DNA of 64,000 nucleotides from Myxococcota bacterium (GTDB lineage Bacteria > Myxococcota_A > UBA9160 > UBA6930): positions 288,001 to 352,000 of the forward strand of contig OZ245015.1 of assembly GCA_965223705.1 (NCBI GenBank), given 5' to 3'. Shown here piece after piece: positions 58,549-64,000 of this stretch (positions are counted from its first letter, which is position 1; each line of letters begins with the position of its first letter). The translations under genes were made by a program, and so were the position numbers. The notes beneath the pieces were generated by a model. That model had not been told where the DNA came from, did no database searches, and saw only the letters and a list, made by a program, of their open reading frames with translations.

Positions 58549-59333
58549 TCTTTCGGCAGCTGTACGACCCCGAGACGTCGACGTACACGTACTTACTCGC
58601 GGACGAAGCGAGTCGCGAGGCCGTGCTCATCGATACGGTCCGAGAGCAGTTCGATCGCGACACCCGTCTCCTGAAAGAGCTCGACCTCAAACTCACGTAC
58701 ACACTCGAAACCCACGTGCATGCCGACCACGTGACCGCGTCCGGTCGTCTTCGCGAAGCGTTGGGATCGAAAGTGACGGTCTCTGCGCGTTCTCAGGTCG
58801 AGAACGCCGATTTGATGCTCGAAGATGGGACGAGCGTTGGGTTCGGCAGCTACACGCTGACCGCCCGTGCAACACCCGGTCACACCGCGGGATGCATGAC
58901 CTTCGTTTGTCAAGAAGCGGGAATGGCGTTTACCGGCGACGCGCTTCTGATCCGAGGGTGCGGAAGAACCGATTTCCAAGAAGGCGATCCCCGAACACTG
59001 TACCGCTCGGTCCACGACGTCATTTTCTCTCTTCCCGAGGACACGCTTCTCTACCCTGGCCACGACTATCAGGGACGAATGGTTTCGACGGTGCGCGAAG
59101 AGCGGCGTTTCAACGCGCGCCTCGGCTCGGGTAAGAGCGAAGGCGACTTCGTCGAGATCATGAACGGGTTGAATCTCGCCTATCCGAAACGGATCGACGA
59201 AGCGGTTCCGGCCAACCTTGTGTCCGGGCTATTGCCGCCGCGGGAGACGCCGGAAGACACGTCGGTGGCCGGCGTGATGGAGAAACTGGGCCGCCAAGAC
59301 GCCTACGTGTTTTCTCAAGGTGCGGGCATCTAG
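58545..59333 (+). CDS. pdo: Persulfide dioxygenase (ETHE1-like)
   Basis: FRQLYD..TSTYTYLL, ETHVHADHVT, TPGHT, TGDALLIRGCGRTDFQ, YPGHDY, VPAN. Confidence 0.88.
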   Translation: MIFRQLYDPETSTYTYLLADEASREAVLIDTVREQFDRDTRLLKELDLKLTYTLETHVHADHVTASGRLREALGSKVTVSARSQVENADLMLEDGTSVGFGSYTLTARATPGHTAGCMTFVCQEAGMAFTGDALLIRGCGRTDFQEGDPRTLYRSVHDVIFSLPEDTLLYPGHDYQGRMVSTVREERRFNARLGSGKSEGDFVEIMNGLNLAYPKRIDEAVPANLVSGLLPPRETPEDTSVAGVMEKLGRQDAYVFSQGAGI

Positions 59334-60943
59334 TGACCAACTTCGGTTTCGTCATCGACAATCGCTCCTGTATCGGATGCCACGCTTGTTCGACGGCTTG
59401 CAAGAGTGAAAACGAGGTCCCTCTGGGTGTCTATCGCACGTGGGTCAAGTCCACGGAGACGGGCGCGTGGCCGGATACCCAGCGTCATTTCCAGGTCACC
59501 CGCTGCAACCATTGTGCGAATCCGCCGTGTGTGAGGATCTGCCCGACCCAGGCGATGTATCAGCGCGACGATGGCATCGTCGAGTTTGACAATGACATGT
59601 GCATCGGTTGCAAGGCTTGCTTGCAAGCGTGTCCTTACGACGCGATTCACATCGATCCCGAGACGAATACGGCGGCGAAGTGTCACTACTGCTCGCATCG
59701 GACCGACCGCGGTCTCGAGCCGGCGTGCGTCGTGGTCTGTCCGACCCACGCGATCTTGGCAGGCGACATGGACGACCCGGAATCCGAAATCAGTCGCACG
59801 CTCGCCCGCGAGAAAGTGTCCGTGCGCAAGCCCGAACAAGGGACCGCGCCAAAGCTCTTCTACATCGACGGCGCGGCGGTCAATCTCGTACCGACGGCAG
59901 CCGAAACCTCCTCGACCTTCGTTTGGGCCGATGTGACAGAGCCGCGAGGATCGGGAGAGGAGCACGCTTCGCCTTCCGCGCCGCAGCGGAATCGCCGCGG
60001 AAAAGAGCTGCGGGCCCCCGACCCGCAAGGGCTTCCCCGCGGTGGTCCGATTCAGATCGGCGGCGGTCGCATGGCGGACCATATGGTTCAGGTGGGCTAC
60101 AACGCGCAGCACCGCGTGCCGTGGCACTGGCCCGTTCCCGCGTATCTCGTGACGAAGGCGATCGGCGCCGGCGTCTTTGCCGTCGCGGCCGTCCTGTGGC
60201 TCCTGGGCTATCCGGTCAACCCGTCGACGGCACTCGGGGTCTCTGCGGTCTCGGTTCTCGCGCTACTCGCGACCACGGCGCTTCTCGTGTTCGATCTCGA
60301 ACGGCCGGAACGCTTCCTGTTCGTGGTGCTGCGCGGCCAGTACCGCTCGTGGCTCGCGCGCGGGAGTCTCTGCCTCATCGGGTTCTCAACCCTCGCTGGG
60401 CTGTGGTTTCTCGCCGAGCTCGCCGATGTATCGGTCGTCCGGTCCGCACTGTGGATCGCAGGGCTTCCGTTCGCGCTACTGACGGCGGTGTACACCGCGT
60501 TCTTGTTCGGCCAGGCGGAAGGCCGAGATCTATGGCAAAGCCCGTTGCTCCCCTTCCACATGGCGCTCCAGTCGGTCATGGTGGGCGGAGCGACGCTGCT
60601 GCTCGTTGCGACGGCAACCGGCTCGCCGGCGAGTGTTGTCGAGGCGGCGCGAGCCGTTTTCGCGGGCGCACTTCTCGGAAATCTCGCGATCACTCTGTTT
60701 TGCGAGTTCGGCATGTCTCACGCGAGCGAAGTTGCCGCGCGAGCGGCTCACGAGATGTCTCGCGGAGAGTTCTCGCGTTGGTTTTGGCTGGGCGGCGTCG
60801 TCGTCGGTCATGCGGTCCCGCTCTTTCTCCTCGCGTTCAGTTCGAGCGTGAGCGACTTCGGAGCCGGCTTCGCGACGATCGCGGGCCTCTACGCGTACGA
60901 ATACGCCTTGGTCATGGCGCCCCAACACGTTCCGAACTCCTAG
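59333..60943 (+). CDS. Fused 4x[4Fe-4S] NrfC/PsrB-like domain and NrfD/PsrC-like membrane anchor
   Basis: Four Cys clusters (CIGCHACSTAC, CNHCANPPCVRIC, CIGCKACLQAC, KCHYC..ACVVVC), then W..PVPAYL, DLERPERF, SWLARG, YTAFLF and TM helices. Confidence 0.9.
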   Translation: MTNFGFVIDNRSCIGCHACSTACKSENEVPLGVYRTWVKSTETGAWPDTQRHFQVTRCNHCANPPCVRICPTQAMYQRDDGIVEFDNDMCIGCKACLQACPYDAIHIDPETNTAAKCHYCSHRTDRGLEPACVVVCPTHAILAGDMDDPESEISRTLAREKVSVRKPEQGTAPKLFYIDGAAVNLVPTAAETSSTFVWADVTEPRGSGEEHASPSAPQRNRRGKELRAPDPQGLPRGGPIQIGGGRMADHMVQVGYNAQHRVPWHWPVPAYLVTKAIGAGVFAVAAVLWLLGYPVNPSTALGVSAVSVLALLATTALLVFDLERPERFLFVVLRGQYRSWLARGSLCLIGFSTLAGLWFLAELADVSVVRSALWIAGLPFALLTAVYTAFLFGQAEGRDLWQSPLLPFHMALQSVMVGGATLLLVATATGSPASVVEAARAVFAGALLGNLAITLFCEFGMSHASEVAARAAHEMSRGEFSRWFWLGGVVVGHAVPLFLLAFSSSVSDFGAGFATIAGLYAYEYALVMAPQHVPNS

Positions 60944-60949
60944 GAGGGA

Positions 60950-63934
60950 CTGCCCATCTCATCCCATGCCGACACGCGGACCTTTCTGGCCCGACTGAAG
61001 CAACTGGGCTTCCCGGTCGCGAAGCCGACAGCTCGCACCGAGGCCCCCGAGTTTTCAGAAAGCGAAACGGAGCCCCAGGATCTCCTCGAGGTCAAGCACC
61101 CCGATGGGCGGATGAGTCAGTATCCCCCGGCCGACCGATGGGAAGACTGGACGGAGTGGGACGCACGCGCTTGGCCGCGGAAGAAGGCGCGCCGCTACAC
61201 ACTCGTTCCCACGATTTGTTTCAACTGCGAGAGCGCGTGCGGGTTGCTCGCCTACGTCGACCGTGAGACGTTCGAGGTCAAGCGCTTCGAAGGAAACCCA
61301 GCGCACCCGGGGAGCCGCGGTCGCAACTGCGCGAAAGGCCCGGCCACTCACAATCAAATCTACGATCCCGAGCGGATCCTCTACCCGCTGAAGCGCGTCG
61401 GCGCGCGCGGCGAGGGCCGTTGGAAGCGTGTCAGTTGGGGCGAGGTGCTCGACGACCTCTCTGCCCGCATGCGCGCGAGTCGCGAGCGACGGCGCGATGG
61501 CATCGTCTATCACGTGGGTCGCCCGGGCGAGGATCACTACGTCAACCGTGTGATCCAGTCGTGGGGCGTCGACGGTCACAACAGCCACACCAACATCTGC
61601 TCAGCGGGAGCCCGCGCGGGCTACGCGTTTTGGGCTGGTGCGGATCGCCCGAGTCCCGACCACAGTCGCGCCCGAGCCATTCTGCTGATCTCGTCCCACC
61701 TCGAGGCGGGGCACTATTTCAACCCCCACGCGCAGCGGATCATCGAGGGAAAGCACCGCGGTGCGAAGGTCATCACCCTCGACCCGCGTCTGTCGAATAC
61801 CGCGGCGCGCAGCGACGTCTGGTTGCCGACGTGGCCCGGAAGCGAAGTGTCGGTCCTCTTGGCGTTCGCAAACCACCTGATTCAAACCGGGCGCTACGAC
61901 CGCGAGTTCGTTCGGCGATGGGTCAACTGGGAGACGTTTCTCAAAGCGGCTCCGTCCATTCTCCCACCCGGTGAGGCTCGATCGGTCGCAGAAGAAGCGA
62001 ACCGGCGCGAAGAAGGTCTCGAGTTCTCGGACTTCGACCGTCTGCTGAAGTCGCTCTACGGCGAGTTCACCTTCGAACGAGCGGCCCGCGAGGCGGAAGT
62101 CCCGCAGGAACGAATCGAAGAAGCGGCCGAGATCATCGCCAACGCCGGGGACCGATTGGCAGCCCACACCTGGCGCGCCGCCACGATGGGGAACCGCGGG
62201 GGCTGGCAAGTCGCGCGTACGATCTTCTTCTTGAACGTACTGACGGGGTCCGTCGGGACCGAGGGTGGCACGGCGCTCAACAGCTGGAACAAGTTCGTTC
62301 CGAAGGCGCATTCGCAGCCCGATCCGCTGACGTCCTGGAACGAGCTTCACCTTCCCCACGAGTGGCCGCTCGCGATGTACGAGATGTCGTTCCTTCTGCC
62401 GCACTTTCTGGAGGAAGGCCGGGGGGATATCGACGTGTACTTTACGCGCGTCTACAACCCCATGTGGATCAACCCAGACGGTTTTATGTGGCTCGATGCG
62501 CTTCGCGACGAGGAGAAGATCAAGTTCCACGTCGCCCTGACACCGACGTGGAACGAGAGCGCCTGGTTCGCCGACTACGTCCTTCCCATGGGTCATGGCT
62601 CCGAACGTCACGATCTGATGAGTCAGGAAACTCACCAGAGCTCGTGGATCGGCTTCCGCCAACCCGTACGACGCGTCGCCATGGAGCGAATGGGTCGAAC
62701 GGTCGAGCGCACGTACGAAGCCAATCCCGGCGAGGTGTGGGAGGAAGCGGAGTTCTGGATCGATTTGAGTTGGAAGATCGACCCCGACGGTGCCCTCGGA
62801 ATTCGCAAACACTTCGAAAGTCCGAACCGGCCGGGCGAAGCGATCTCAATCGACGAGTACTTCGGCTGGATCTTCGAGAACAGCGTCCCGGGACTTCCCG
62901 AACGCGCGCGCGAAGAAGGGCTCTCGCCGCTTTCGTATATGAAGAAGTACGGCGCTTTCGAAATCTCGCGCGACGAATTCACTCCGTTCGATCGGCGGGT
63001 CGAGCTACCCGCGGGCCATGTCGTGGAATCGGATGGTGTGGTCAAGGACGAGAACGGAGCCACGCTCGGCGTCATGGTGGACGGAACCTGTCGTACGGGT
63101 TTCGCGACGCCGAGCCGGAGGCTCGAGTTCTTCAGTCCGACTCTCGCAGAGTGGGGTTGGAACGAGCGTGACTACGTCATTCCGTGGCCACTCGAGAGTC
63201 ACGTCGGGCCACGGGCGATCGATCGCGCGCGTGGCGAAATGCTCCTCCTGCCGACGTTTCGCTTGCCCACGCTCATTCATACGCGGAGCGCCAACGCGAA
63301 GTGGCTCTACGAGATCAGCCACAAGAACCCGGTTTGGATGCACCCGGACGACGCTGCGCGGGTGGGCGTCGAGACCGGTGACCTCGTGCGCATCGAAACG
63401 GAGATCGGTTGGTTCGTCGATCGCGTGTGGGTGACTCAAGGGATCAAGCCGGGAATCCTCGCGATGAGCCATCACCTCGGCCGTTGGCGTCTCGCCGCGT
63501 CGTCCGGTGTAAGCCAGGGTATGTCGAACCTGGTGACGCTCACCGGGGAAGGGGAGGGCCCGCACGAGCTTCGCGTCGTTCACGGAGCGCGCGCGTTCGA
63601 ATCGACGGATCCCGATACGAGTCGCATTTGGTGGGAAGACGTCGGCGTGCATCAAAACCTCACCCACGCAGTCCACCCCGATCCGATTTCCGGAGCCCAC
63701 TGCTGGCATCAGAAAGTGTTGTCCGTGCGGCGCGCACGAGAAGGCGAACGGCATGGCGATGTCTTCGTCGATACCCGCAAGTCGATGGAGGTCTACCGCG
63801 AGTGGCGCGCACTCTCCCGTTCTGCGGTCGATCACAGTCCCGACGGCACGCGCCGCCCCTACTGGTTGAACCGGCCGCTCAAGCCTACGCGCGAGACGTA
63901 CCGGCTTCCCGAGTTTCCGTGGGGGCGCTCGTGA
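60950..63934 (+). CDS. Mo-bisPGD oxidoreductase catalytic subunit (Psr/Phs/Ttr/Soe-related superfamily)
   Basis: CFNCESACG..NCAKG [4Fe-4S] motif, RILYPLKR, HTNICS (Cys ligand), DPRLS, ADYVLP, HTRS, MHPDDA. Start uncertain: first ATG is 61112, but the frame is open from 60944. Confidence 0.88.
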   Translation: MPISSHADTRTFLARLKQLGFPVAKPTARTEAPEFSESETEPQDLLEVKHPDGRMSQYPPADRWEDWTEWDARAWPRKKARRYTLVPTICFNCESACGLLAYVDRETFEVKRFEGNPAHPGSRGRNCAKGPATHNQIYDPERILYPLKRVGARGEGRWKRVSWGEVLDDLSARMRASRERRRDGIVYHVGRPGEDHYVNRVIQSWGVDGHNSHTNICSAGARAGYAFWAGADRPSPDHSRARAILLISSHLEAGHYFNPHAQRIIEGKHRGAKVITLDPRLSNTAARSDVWLPTWPGSEVSVLLAFANHLIQTGRYDREFVRRWVNWETFLKAAPSILPPGEARSVAEEANRREEGLEFSDFDRLLKSLYGEFTFERAAREAEVPQERIEEAAEIIANAGDRLAAHTWRAATMGNRGGWQVARTIFFLNVLTGSVGTEGGTALNSWNKFVPKAHSQPDPLTSWNELHLPHEWPLAMYEMSFLLPHFLEEGRGDIDVYFTRVYNPMWINPDGFMWLDALRDEEKIKFHVALTPTWNESAWFADYVLPMGHGSERHDLMSQETHQSSWIGFRQPVRRVAMERMGRTVERTYEANPGEVWEEAEFWIDLSWKIDPDGALGIRKHFESPNRPGEAISIDEYFGWIFENSVPGLPERAREEGLSPLSYMKKYGAFEISRDEFTPFDRRVELPAGHVVESDGVVKDENGATLGVMVDGTCRTGFATPSRRLEFFSPTLAEWGWNERDYVIPWPLESHVGPRAIDRARGEMLLLPTFRLPTLIHTRSANAKWLYEISHKNPVWMHPDDAARVGVETGDLVRIETEIGWFVDRVWVTQGIKPGILAMSHHLGRWRLAASSGVSQGMSNLVTLTGEGEGPHELRVVHGARAFESTDPDTSRIWWEDVGVHQNLTHAVHPDPISGAHCWHQKVLSVRRAREGERHGDVFVDTRKSMEVYREWRALSRSAVDHSPDGTRRPYWLNRPLKPTRETYRLPEFPWGRS

Positions 63935-64000
63935 CCTTGCGGGCCGCTTACGGACTGCTGGCCGAGCTACTCGAGTGGGGCCCCGTCCCGCGCCTTCGAC
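63931..64000 (+). CDS. Probable TorD/DmsD-family chaperone (5' fragment)
   Basis: GTGA overlap with the Mo enzyme stop; MTLRAAYGLLAELL resembles TorD-family N-termini. Only 23 codons visible. Confidence 0.45.
   Translation, partial: MTLRAAYGLLAELLEWGPVPRLR

Noticed and set aside
60941..60943. Amber (pyrrolysine) read-through fusing NrfCD to the Mo enzyme, since both are in one frame separated by a single TAG
   Set aside because: The NrfD domain ends naturally (APQHVPNS), a strong SD overlaps the stop, no pyl genes are seen, and in-frame adjacency occurs by chance one time in three.

Overview
High-GC chromosomal window with about 60 genes. Gene content resembles Myxococcota/deltaproteobacterial genomes, but that is an inference. 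It begins with hisA(3' end)-hisF and rpsU-dnaG-rpoD, followed by a long accessory stretch: hydrolases, flavin monooxygenases, an AlgE-like porin, an MMPL transporter, an acyl-CoA dehydrogenase pair and tRNA-Ile(CAU). It ends in an ArsR-controlled sulfur locus (SQR, two YeeE/YedE, persulfide dioxygenase, NrfC-NrfD fusion, Mo-bisPGD enzyme, probable TorD). Three signals are missed by the ORF track. (1) Two genes are split at an in-frame TGA inside a U-x-x-C motif: an AhpC/TSA-like protein of unusual architecture (FYRGRW-U-PPC) and a UGSC-family protein (YGH-U-GGC). Each TGA is followed by a similar SECIS-like hairpin. (2) Three copies of a CGAAC-N17-CGTA motif lie upstream of an ECF sigma gene and of both neighbouring transcription units, outlining a local ECF regulon. 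(3) The Mo enzyme has no intact Tat signal and is wired to SQR/PDO, so it is a candidate cytoplasm-facing sulfite- or sulfane-converting complex. No CRISPR array, rRNA, integrase or transposase was seen. Product calls come from motif recognition by eye, with no database searches.
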